Positions 37,913 to 46,500 of a stretch of 64,000 bases of DNA are shown in pieces. The notes under the pieces were generated by a model that saw only the letters and a program-made list of their open reading frames with translations, made no database searches and was not told the origin of the DNA. The DNA comes from Acidisarcina polymorpha (GTDB lineage Bacteria; Acidobacteriota; Terriglobia; Terriglobales; Acidobacteriaceae), in the NCBI RefSeq assembly GCF_003330725.1, contig NZ_CP030840.1, positions 5,820,116 through 5,884,115 of the forward strand. Reading direction: 5' to 3'. The number at the start of each line of letters is the position of its first letter. Position 1 is the stretch's first letter. The translations under genes were made by a program, and so were the position numbers.

Positions 37913-38851
37913 CTAAACGGCGGACGCACCGGCCGGCCTTGGATTTTGCGGGTCATACTGCGCGACCTTTATGTCCTTAGCCAATCCCACCTTCTTCAGC
38001 AGCCAGATGCCGTAGAAGTTCGGATCGAACTCATACCATTTCAGGCCGTGGCGTGCTGAAACTGGATGGGCGTGGTGGTTATTGTGCCATCCTTCTCCGC
38101 CTGTGAGCAGAGCGACCCACCAGTTGTTGCGGGAGTCGTCACGGGTCTCGAAGCGGCGCGAGCCCCAGAGATGCGTCGCCGAGTTGACCAGCCAGGTTGC
38201 GTGCAGCCCGAGGGTGACGCGCAGGAAGATCCCCCACATGACCAGCGGCCAGCCGCCAACGGCCAGGAGGATTACGCCGACAGCCGTTAAGGGAAGCCAG
38301 TGATATTTGCTGAGCAGCACATGAAAGCGGTCCTTGGCGAGATCGGGAGCATAACGGCTGAGCAGAGCGGTGTCCTGGTGAAGGGATTCACCATGCATAA
38401 TCCACCCTGCATGAGCCCACCAGGTGCCATCCACCGGAGTATGCGGATCCCCGGGTTTGTCGCTGTGCTGATGGTGAATGCGGTGGGTCGAAACCCAGAA
38501 AATCGGTCCGCCTTCGAGCGCCAGCGTTCCGCAAATGGCAAGAAAATATTCGACCCATTTGGGAGTTTTGTAACCACGATGAGTGAGCAACCGGTGGTAT
38601 CCCATGCCAATGCCGACATTGATCGCAAAGAAGTATAAGACCACCGAGACGATCAGGGCCTTCCAGGAAAACATGAACAAAGCGGCGACGGCGCCGACGT
38701 GGAAGGCCACCATGAACGCGGTAGTCATCCAGTTGATTTTTTTCCTGGCGAGGTGCCGGTCAGGGGTGGATGCGGTGGGTGTGGCGCGGATCGAAGCTTT
38801 CGCTGGTTGAACGGGGAGGTTCAGTTCTTCTTCCAAGAGTTCGAGGGGCAT
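37913..38851 (-). CDS. Acyl-CoA (Δ9-type) fatty-acid desaturase
   Basis: Three His boxes: HRLLTH, HRIHHQHSD and HNNHH. KINW N-terminal motif. Confidence 0.85.
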   Translation of the reverse strand: MPLELLEEELNLPVQPAKASIRATPTASTPDRHLARKKINWMTTAFMVAFHVGAVAALFMFSWKALIVSVVLYFFAINVGIGMGYHRLLTHRGYKTPKWVEYFLAICGTLALEGGPIFWVSTHRIHHQHSDKPGDPHTPVDGTWWAHAGWIMHGESLHQDTALLSRYAPDLAKDRFHVLLSKYHWLPLTAVGVILLAVGGWPLVMWGIFLRVTLGLHATWLVNSATHLWGSRRFETRDDSRNNWWVALLTGGEGWHNNHHAHPVSARHGLKWYEFDPNFYGIWLLKKVGLAKDIKVAQYDPQNPRPAGASAV

Positions 38852-38984
38852 GGGCTGGCAGCTATCCTTGGGTTAAACGAATCAACCTGTCTAAACCGTA
38901 TCAGTCGCCGCAGGAACGTGGTTGTAACAGTTTTGTAAGCGGGCGCTTGCTGTGTTCAAAATGAACCGGAAGTCAGCCTCGTCG

Positions 38985-40037
38985 TCAGTCTCCTGAAAGC
39001 TCCCAGGGACCCTGACTCGATCCTGGTGTGGCCGAGTGCCCAATTGGGTGCACGACAGTCGACGCCGGAAAACATCGAACGCAATCGCCGCCCGCCTGCT
39101 TTGCCGCGCGCAGCGTGCTTTCCGCTTCCCGCAGCACCAGCAGCGGAGAGCGTCCGCCACTTTGCGCAATGCCGAAGCTCGCGGTCACAGAAACTGAAGC
39201 CTTGAGGATATCGAAGGGGCGTCTTCGTATGCAGTCCTGCAATCGCTGCGCCATGCCCCAGGCGTCGCGCATCGAACAGCCCGGCATGGCGATCAGAAAT
39301 TCGTCCTCACCACACCGTCCGGCTAGATCGTAGCTGCGGAGGTGACGGCGAAGACGGCTGGCAAACTGGCGCAGGATGTTATCGCCGCCGTCGTATCCAT
39401 ATCGTTGATTGACGAGCGAAAAGTGATCCAAATCGAAGAGCAGAAATGCCAGGGGACTGCCCATTCGCTGTGCCCGGTCGGTTTCAAGAAAGAGCCGGGT
39501 GAGGAGCGACTCGCGGTTCCATAGACCAGTCAGCGAATCGCGGCTGGCATGGAAGCGAGCCGCGTCAACTGACTCCAGCATCTCTGCATGTATCGCCCTC
39601 ACCCGGAACGCCGCGTGGAGACTGACGCGGAGATCAAATTCATTCACGGGTTTGGTCAGAAAGTCGTCTATGTGGATGCCTCGCGCGAGCGCCCGGCTCC
39701 CCTTGCCGGGAGATTCAGAAGAGTCAGTCAAGGCGATCGTCCAGCATCGGCAGCGCGACGATTGCCAGTGAAACTGATGGAGAAGTGCGACGCCATCCAG
39801 CCCAGCAAGAGCGTTATCGACGATCAGAATGGGTGCAGGTTCTCCTTCGTTCAAGGCTTCGAGGAGCGCCGCCCCGTCGTCAGCCGTGATGACCTGATAC
39901 CCCCAATCGGCGAGTAGATCCCTCAGGATGCTTCGCTCTAAGGAGTCAGCTGCGCCGACCAGAATCCTGGAACGCAGAGCCAGGCCAGATGATGACGCCG
40001 AGATAGCCGATTGATTTGCCTGAGAGAGCTTACCCAT
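38985..40037 (-). CDS. Response regulator with C-terminal GGDEF domain bearing a degenerate GEDEF active-site motif and an intact RxxD I-site
   Basis: Receiver domain (ILVGAAD...ILIVDNALAGLDG). The GGDEF domain has RSYDLAGRCGEDEF aligned to RxxD-x4-GG(D/E)EF, with the second Gly replaced by Glu. Confidence 0.8.
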   Translation of the reverse strand: MGKLSQANQSAISASSSGLALRSRILVGAADSLERSILRDLLADWGYQVITADDGAALLEALNEGEPAPILIVDNALAGLDGVALLHQFHWQSSRCRCWTIALTDSSESPGKGSRALARGIHIDDFLTKPVNEFDLRVSLHAAFRVRAIHAEMLESVDAARFHASRDSLTGLWNRESLLTRLFLETDRAQRMGSPLAFLLFDLDHFSLVNQRYGYDGGDNILRQFASRLRRHLRSYDLAGRCGEDEFLIAMPGCSMRDAWGMAQRLQDCIRRRPFDILKASVSVTASFGIAQSGGRSPLLVLREAESTLRAAKQAGGDCVRCFPASTVVHPIGHSATPGSSQGPWELSGD

Positions 40038-40156
40038 CTCCCATCTATCGGTGATTGGCGAAAGGGGATCAGGCAGTGGCTACAAACCAGAACAAGTCTT
40101 TTCACTTTGGTACTCGCAGTTCTTGATCAGTTTCGATTTGGAACCATCGCGTTTTC

Positions 40157-41470
40157 CTAGCCCTGCGCCACCGGTTCGCGATGGTCGCGTGCCATCTCGT
40201 GAGGCCGCCGCTCGATCATTTGGAGGACTTGCCGACAAACACCCGCGGCTACTTCGCGCTCCAACGGGATCAATCGACCGCCTACTCTACAAAGCGCCCA
40301 GTCCTTGCCAGACTCGATGCTCATTCGCTCCTCCGTTGCAGGGATCCGCCGCAGGGCGTCACTGGCTTTGGGCGCGATCCTGAAATTGGACTTGAGCTGG
40401 GCTGCTTGAATCAAGCGAAGCAGCGATGGTCCAAGTCCGGTCAGCCAAAACTCGCGCTGATATTTCTTCGCCGTATAAGCCAGATGGATCAGCTCTCCAA
40501 GCGCATCCGGGCCGATGAAGGTGGTCCGGGCTAGATCCAATATCAGGTGACGACCGGTTCTGACGGCGAGCCGGGCCTCCTCTTCAAAGTTCGCGACGGG
40601 CGTGCCCGTTAGTCTCCCGGAGATCCGCAGTATGGTTGTCGAGCCGATCTCTTCCATGACGACACCGTTCATCCAGTGACCGGGCTTCTGGGCGGCGCTA
40701 GCCGCGAGTTGCAAGGCCATATAAACGACCATGCCAAGGGCGTCTCGAAGATACCGCGCACCCAAACGCGCCGGTTCTTGGCAGGTCCGGAAAAACCACT
40801 CCAGGCCCTGTCGCTGCATCCACAAAGGCGCGCGTCGCAGCATTCCGGCGAGAATGTCGAGCGAGCCTCCGATTCCAATGCAGACGGGAACTTTCAAGCG
40901 ATGACTATGCATCGCGAGCCATTTCTCCTGCTTCGGACTGCCGAGAGCCACCAGCAGAATATCCGGCTTGGCTGCTTCAATCTGTAGCAGAATCCGCTCA
41001 TGATCCATCTCGTCCAGGTCCTGTATCTCGGGACAACAGCGTCCTACGATCCTTACTCCTGGATAGCTGAGCGCCATCCACTCCGCTGCGCCCTCGGATG
41101 AGGCCTCGCAGGAGCCGAGCAGGAAGATCCCATATCCGCGGTCGGCTGAAAGTTCTGCGATCTTCGGTACCAGGTCTGCGCCGCTGACGCGCTCTCGCAA
41201 AGCAGAACGCATCATGCGCGAGGCCCAAACCAAGGGCATGCCATCGGGCAGGACCAGGTAACACGCGGCAAGGATGTCCTTCAACTCCTGGTCGTGGATG
41301 GAAGTGATGAGGAAGTCCACATTGGCAGTAGCGATGTGATGAAAGCCGCCCTCGTGGATACCATTTTCAATGGCCTCTACAGCTTCGTCCATCGACACGT
41401 TATCGATGGGAACGCCTATCATTGCGACACAACCGCTTCTGAGACGTTGCATGAATGATCCCCGGTTCAT
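40157..41470 (-). CDS. WecB/TagA/CpsF-family glycosyltransferase fused to a C-terminal STAS (anti-sigma-antagonist-like) domain
   Basis: N-terminal IGVPIDNVSMDEAV...LPDGMPLVWA...LGSPKQEKW is the WecG/TagA signature. The C-terminal ~110 aa ILRISGRLTGTPVANFEEEARLAVRTGRHLILDLARTTFIGPDALGELIHLA match a STAS fold pattern. The start is taken at ATG 41470 (MNRGSFMQRL). Confidence 0.7.
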   Translation of the reverse strand: MNRGSFMQRLRSGCVAMIGVPIDNVSMDEAVEAIENGIHEGGFHHIATANVDFLITSIHDQELKDILAACYLVLPDGMPLVWASRMMRSALRERVSGADLVPKIAELSADRGYGIFLLGSCEASSEGAAEWMALSYPGVRIVGRCCPEIQDLDEMDHERILLQIEAAKPDILLVALGSPKQEKWLAMHSHRLKVPVCIGIGGSLDILAGMLRRAPLWMQRQGLEWFFRTCQEPARLGARYLRDALGMVVYMALQLAASAAQKPGHWMNGVVMEEIGSTTILRISGRLTGTPVANFEEEARLAVRTGRHLILDLARTTFIGPDALGELIHLAYTAKKYQREFWLTGLGPSLLRLIQAAQLKSNFRIAPKASDALRRIPATEERMSIESGKDWALCRVGGRLIPLEREVAAGVCRQVLQMIERRPHEMARDHREPVAQG

Positions 41471-41829
41471 TTGAACTTGGACGAGGGACGTCCTCTGCTC
41501 GCTTTTCCGATTGGTGAGGCGACGGCTCTTCTGAGCAGAGACGCGCCTATTTCGCCGTCGGTCGAGCCGCGGAAGTCGGTCCAGAGCTGAAGTACAGCTG
41601 CTGTTTTGCGGGCAAGTCGCTAGGCACACTTCTCCGCCGGAGAAGTACGCTGAGTGGGTTCGCTCCGCATTGCAGTGGCTGTTCTTCTGGGCTAATCGTC
41701 CAGATATAAATGCGTTTGTTGGAGCGATATTAGGGTAAGCAAGCCTGCGGATGCCACCCCAATTCATCGGGCGTCGCCCGGATGTCGAGGTTCCGCTCCA
41801 GAACGGGAAATCCTACTGTTGAGTCGGCA

Positions 41830-44100
41830 TTACAAATTTTTTCCGAAGAACTCCGTGGCGCGTTGATAGAGCACCGAACAGGCGGCCGGTTTGTCGACGA
41901 TCCGGGTCTGCCCGGGATAGAGGGAAATCTCGGCATATTTGCGCGCTTGCACTAATTCGCTCTGCAGTTCCATGGATTGGTCCGGATGAATCTTAAGATT
42001 CCCCGCGCCATGAGCAACCAGCAGGCTCCCCTTGAGGAACTTGGAGTAATCCAGCGGAGAAGAAGAAAGGTATCCATCCTGGTTTTGCACGGGATCGCCA
42101 AGGTAGCGCTCCGCATAGGCGGAGTCTTGCTGGAACCAATCGACGACCGGCGCCACTGCGAAGCCCGCCTTGAAGAACAGCGGGGCATGGAGCATGGCAT
42201 TAATCGTGATTGCGCCGCCGAAGCCTTCCCCCCAGATGCCGAGCCGCTCCGGATCAATGTAGGGGAGTGCCTGGAAGAAGTGAACGGCGTCCTTAAGGTC
42301 GGTAATCTCCTGACCCTCAAATCGCTGGTGAATGTATTCTTCGTAGATGTGCCCGCGGCCGGCAGTGCCGCGATTGTCTAGCGCGAGAACGATAAATCCT
42401 CGCTGAGCCAACATCTGGTTCCATATCGACACGTCGCCTTCCCACGTATCGTGAACGGCCTGCCGTCCCGGGCCTCCGTAGATATAGATCACGGCGGGAT
42501 ATTTTTTCGCTGCGGTAAAGCCCGGAGGCCTGATCATCGAGGCGTTCATCTCGATGCCGTCGTGGCTTTTGATGGTGATGAAATCGACTTGTTGCAGCGC
42601 CGGTTTCATGGGACTGCGCACCCTGCTGTTGTCGAGCACAAAAACCTTGGCGGCAGCGATGGACTCGGTCTGGGAGCCGAGCTGGTATACCGTCCGTATC
42701 CACGGTTTGACGACGGTCGAGAAACGATCGACGAATGCGGCAGCATTCGGCGCGAAGATCGCTTCATGGGTCCCGCTTTCCCCGGTGATGCGTTTGGCCT
42801 CATTGTTGCCGGTGTTACCGCCCTCAAACCTCACCGAGTACAGCTGCCGATCAAGCGAGCTCTTTTCGGTTGAAGTGTAGTAGATGATGCCGTCCTTCTC
42901 ATTGACAGCATTGAGCGAGGTGACCTCCCATTTGCCGTCCGTGAGTTGACGCACCAGTTTGCCATCAAGATCGTAAAGAAAGAGGTGGCGATAGCCGGAC
43001 TTTTCATTCGACCAAAGGAACTGTGGCGTACTCTTCGAGAAGTAAAGAATATCGCTGAGGTTGATCCAATACGGGTCGGTGTCAGTCAAGATGGTTCGGG
43101 CCGTGCCGGTGTGTGTGTCAGCTATAAGTAGCTCAAGCTTTGTTTGCGCACGATTCAGACGCTCGACCGCCAGTCGCTTGCTATCCGGGAGCCATTTCAT
43201 CCGTGGGAGGTAAATGTCTTTTTCGGTACCCGTATTGATTGCCACGGGCGTCGACTTAGCGGCCACGTTGAGGACCAGGACACGAACCGTCGGGTTGGCC
43301 GTTCCCGGGGTTGGGTAGTCAATCGTTTCTGCCGGGCCGTCTTCGTCCGGCTGAAAAGGTGGGGTATAAAGGGCCACTCCTTTGAGGTTGAACTCGTAAT
43401 AAGCGATTTGCCGTGAATCGGGCGACCACTCGTATCCGTGCCGGGTACCGAGTGAGTCCGGATACATCCAGTCCAGTTCACCGCGGCGAAGGATCTCGGT
43501 TCCGCCATGAGTGATCTCTCGGGCTTGGCCTCCCGCAGTGCTGATCATCCACAGGTTGTGCTGGCGAACAAAACCCACCCAGTGGCCGTCGGGAGAAAGC
43601 TGCACGTCCCCAATTACTTCTTCGCCGGAGATCAAGGTGCGAGTCTGCAGGGTCTTCCGATCCAGCCAGACTATACTTCGATCGCTGTGCAGCAGAAGGC
43701 CGGCGCTGTCAGGGCTCCACTCCAAGCCAACCTTCTCCCGAGGAGGTGGAGCCATCGTGCCCTTATCACCCTTCGCCGTGGCGGGGAAGAGATGGTCGAT
43801 CTGGCTTTGGTTCAGCAAAACGGTTGGCTGCTTGCCGAGTGAGTCCACTCCATCGAGTTCGAGGCGAAGGCCAAATCCACTATCGAGCGACTTAAAGTAG
43901 ACGATATTGCCGCTATCGGGACTCCACCAGAATTGCTTGCCCTGGGACTCTGGAGGCACGGCCGCAGCGCAAACGTCCTCGATACCGATGCCGGGCGATT
44001 TCGCGGCGGCGGGAGGCAGATCTCCCCCGGGGCGCTGAGCGAGAAGAATGCAGCCTTGCGGAAGAAACAATGCCAACGAAAGCGTAAGCCATTTCCGCAA
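41830..44100 (-). CDS. S9-family serine peptidase (dipeptidyl-peptidase IV-like: N-terminal β-propeller plus C-terminal α/β-hydrolase)
   Basis: A TTG start gives the signal peptide (M)RKWLTLSLALFLPQGCILLA. DPPIV_N-like propeller repeats. GWGEGFGG (GxSxG-type with Ser to Gly? read as GEGFGG). A catalytic Asp/His region lies in the C-terminal hydrolase fold. Confidence 0.75.
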   Translation of the reverse strand: MRKWLTLSLALFLPQGCILLAQRPGGDLPPAAAKSPGIGIEDVCAAAVPPESQGKQFWWSPDSGNIVYFKSLDSGFGLRLELDGVDSLGKQPTVLLNQSQIDHLFPATAKGDKGTMAPPPREKVGLEWSPDSAGLLLHSDRSIVWLDRKTLQTRTLISGEEVIGDVQLSPDGHWVGFVRQHNLWMISTAGGQAREITHGGTEILRRGELDWMYPDSLGTRHGYEWSPDSRQIAYYEFNLKGVALYTPPFQPDEDGPAETIDYPTPGTANPTVRVLVLNVAAKSTPVAINTGTEKDIYLPRMKWLPDSKRLAVERLNRAQTKLELLIADTHTGTARTILTDTDPYWINLSDILYFSKSTPQFLWSNEKSGYRHLFLYDLDGKLVRQLTDGKWEVTSLNAVNEKDGIIYYTSTEKSSLDRQLYSVRFEGGNTGNNEAKRITGESGTHEAIFAPNAAAFVDRFSTVVKPWIRTVYQLGSQTESIAAAKVFVLDNSRVRSPMKPALQQVDFITIKSHDGIEMNASMIRPPGFTAAKKYPAVIYIYGGPGRQAVHDTWEGDVSIWNQMLAQRGFIVLALDNRGTAGRGHIYEEYIHQRFEGQEITDLKDAVHFFQALPYIDPERLGIWGEGFGGAITINAMLHAPLFFKAGFAVAPVVDWFQQDSAYAERYLGDPVQNQDGYLSSSPLDYSKFLKGSLLVAHGAGNLKIHPDQSMELQSELVQARKYAEISLYPGQTRIVDKPAACSVLYQRATEFFGKNL

Positions 44101-44274
44101 AGTGAATGTCTTTTGTAGGGAACCCAACCACGCAGAATGATCCTTACGACTCTCTTCGACGAAACGCAAAGCTCACCTCGGAATAGGATGTGTTTGTTTC
44201 CAAGCTAACATCCCAATCTCTCGGGAATCCGGGCGTTCGCCGCTTCGGCTCCAAACTGCTCCCTAAACTGCTCT

Positions 44275-44787
44275 ATGATTCTTGAAGCAATCCCATCCTG
44301 GGGAGGACTGACAGTGTTTCCGAAGCTTCTATTGACGTGGGTGGCCGGTCTCGCGGTCGCCGGCTCTTCGGGGAATGCACAGACGCAGGCGCCGCCGCCG
44401 GATAACAGAATTCCTGAGAGCTCCTCGGCCTCCTCAAGATTGAGCGTGACCGAGACCCAGTGGAATCTGGTGGAATTAAATGGCAGTCCAGTAAGCTCCA
44501 GGTCTCCTGGAAGTCAGCCATATATATATTTGCAGACGCAAGGGGATAAGTTGAGCGGATCCGGGGGCTGCAACCGGTTGTTCGGGTCGTTCGATCTCAG
44601 TGGAAGCTCACTCCAGTTCCACTCCGTCGCGCAAACGCTGATGGCGTGTCCGGGGAACTCCGCCGAGCGTGAGTCCGCCTTGCTCGACGCGCTTAAGTTG
44701 ACCACCAGCTTTCAAGTCTCGGGAGACGTTCTCCTGCTTCGCGTGGACGATCGGGTACTGGCTCGATTCCAGGCGAAAAAGAAGTAG
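44275..44787 (+). CDS. META-domain (DUF306/HslJ-like) protein
   Basis: GSGGCNRLFGSFD...LMACPG and a signal or lipoprotein-like N-terminus. Confidence 0.7.
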   Translation: MILEAIPSWGGLTVFPKLLLTWVAGLAVAGSSGNAQTQAPPPDNRIPESSSASSRLSVTETQWNLVELNGSPVSSRSPGSQPYIYLQTQGDKLSGSGGCNRLFGSFDLSGSSLQFHSVAQTLMACPGNSAERESALLDALKLTTSFQVSGDVLLLRVDDRVLARFQAKKK

Positions 44788-44823
44788 TTTGGCATTGGGT
44801 TCGACGACAGAAGCAAAATCGGA

Positions 44824-45195
44824 TTACCCAAAAAGCTTACTTGTCTGGATCCCGAGGTAAACCGCTCCATATCCAAGAACAACGCTCGATCCGACGTAGA
44901 GGAGAGCGATCGCCGGGTTTTCTTGTGCTGCTCGAAAGGTCTCAAACTCAAAGGTAGAGAAGGTCGTGTAAGCGCCGACGAACCCGATCGGTACGGCAAG
45001 ACGCCAGGCGCTGGGCAGCTCAGTGTGCGCATCCAGGATCGAGAGCGCCAGGCCAATAACGAAACAGCCCGTGATGTTAATCACGAAAGTCCCATAGGGA
45101 AAGCGTGTCCCCATGCGGCTGTAGATCCAGGCTCCCAATGTGTAGCGGGCAAGCGATCCAAGCGCGCCGCCGATGGCTACCCAGACGAATTTCAT
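44824..45195 (-). CDS. crcB: Fluoride efflux channel CrcB/Fluc
   Basis: A ~124-aa four-TM protein. N-terminal GGALGSLARY and GTFVINITGCFVIG, with TFSTFxxE in TM3. Confidence 0.85.
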   Translation of the reverse strand: MKFVWVAIGGALGSLARYTLGAWIYSRMGTRFPYGTFVINITGCFVIGLALSILDAHTELPSAWRLAVPIGFVGAYTTFSTFEFETFRAAQENPAIALLYVGSSVVLGYGAVYLGIQTSKLFG

Positions 45196-45266
45196 TCCGT
45201 TGCGACCTCCCCTGCACTGGTTTATTACCAATGAAGCCGTTTCAGCAGGATAGCAGTGAGAGGAAC

Positions 45267-46235
45267 TTACATCTCGCCGCGAAACATGGTGTGCCGCTGG
45301 CCCATCCAGAAACGATTGCTCACCTGCACCAGCAGCCCTGGCTTACGACCTTGCAACCGCCGAATTGCTTCCCGATACGGACCCACAAACCTCAAAAATC
45401 GCGGCAATCTCGGGTAAATTTGCGGCAGTCGGGCAAACGCCCGGCGTGCTGCCGCCTGCTCGTTTGGCCCGAAGTCCAACTCAAAGGCATCGCGAAGGGG
45501 TGCGGGCATCCACGCCGCCGTGAGCGCGCAATACCAACCCGGGATGGGGATCCAGGAGCCGCGGCCGTGCAGAATGCGCTGCGATAGTTCCCGGGAAAGC
45601 GTATTGACGCCGAGTTTACCCGACGCCAACATTGCGAGATTGTAGCGCTCGAAGGCTTCCCAATCCCGCGGCAGAAGTTCGCCGGGAATGCCGAAGAGAG
45701 CGGCCATGGTCTTGCTCTCTGTGTAGTAGCTCTCTCGCTCGTTAGGCGGTAAGGCCGGAAGCACGCTTTCGTAGGCAATGAGCGCACTCTCAACCAAGGT
45801 GGAATAAACCCAGCAAAGCGCGTTTGCCTCGTTGGCCTGGTAGCGCGATCCACGAGAATAGGCCGCAGCCGACTCGGGCAGTTCTCCTTCAATGTGGGAA
45901 TGCAGCTGATACAAATGCCTGGAGGCGGCCAGCGCCTGAGCGCGGGTGCCGAACACCATAGTGAAGATGACCCGGAAGGTGTTGTGGAATCGCTCAAGCG
46001 GGTCGTTTCTTAAGTTGGAATGCTGGTCGAGCGCTGCAGCTACCCAGGGATGAGCCAACTGCAGCAATGCTGCCCGCCCGGCGCCGAGAAACAGCGCAGC
46101 CTCTCGATTGACCTTCCAGCTGATCGATTCGGGTCCAAAGATGCCTCCTTTAGGATCTGCCTCGCGGTCACCAACCCAGGCACACAGCGACTCAAATGTT
46201 TCTCGCGTAATCGGCAGATCTGCATCGCTCATCAT
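45267..46235 (-). CDS. MpaB/DUF2236-family oxygenase
   Basis: Length and motif pattern (…FLGAGRAALLQLAHPWVAAAL…) fit the ER-bound oxygenase MpaB family. Confidence 0.65.
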   Translation of the reverse strand: MMSDADLPITRETFESLCAWVGDREADPKGGIFGPESISWKVNREAALFLGAGRAALLQLAHPWVAAALDQHSNLRNDPLERFHNTFRVIFTMVFGTRAQALAASRHLYQLHSHIEGELPESAAAYSRGSRYQANEANALCWVYSTLVESALIAYESVLPALPPNERESYYTESKTMAALFGIPGELLPRDWEAFERYNLAMLASGKLGVNTLSRELSQRILHGRGSWIPIPGWYCALTAAWMPAPLRDAFELDFGPNEQAAARRAFARLPQIYPRLPRFLRFVGPYREAIRRLQGRKPGLLVQVSNRFWMGQRHTMFRGEM

Positions 46236-46260
46236 GAATTTCGATGCGATTCTTCAACCT

Positions 46261-46488
46261 TCAGCCATCGGGATGTTGCTCGCGAGCATCCCCTGACCGT
46301 TGCCATAGCGCCTCGAGCTCCGCCACATCGCGGGCTGCACCACCAGCTCGAATCTCGAAAGAACGCAGCGCTGCTTCCAAAGCATCGATGACGAACTCCT
46401 CGATCGTTACCTGCCGATCCTCTGCCGCAGCAGCCAGGCGACCTTGATATTCGGGGCTGAGTTGAATTTTCACCGGCAAGCGCCTCAA
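46261..46488 (-). CDS. Small ribbon-helix-helix-like protein (75 aa), orphan
   Basis: A β-strand (VKIQLSPEY) followed by two helices. No adjacent toxin partner. Confidence 0.3.
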   Translation of the reverse strand: MRRLPVKIQLSPEYQGRLAAAAEDRQVTIEEFVIDALEAALRSFEIRAGGAARDVAELEALWQRSGDAREQHPDG

Positions 46489-46500
46489 CCCGTTCTTCGG

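Noticed and set aside
45196-45266. Fluoride riboswitch upstream of crcB
   Set aside because: The conserved GGCGAUGG / AACCGCC / CUAAUGA core is not present. Details are in the findings.
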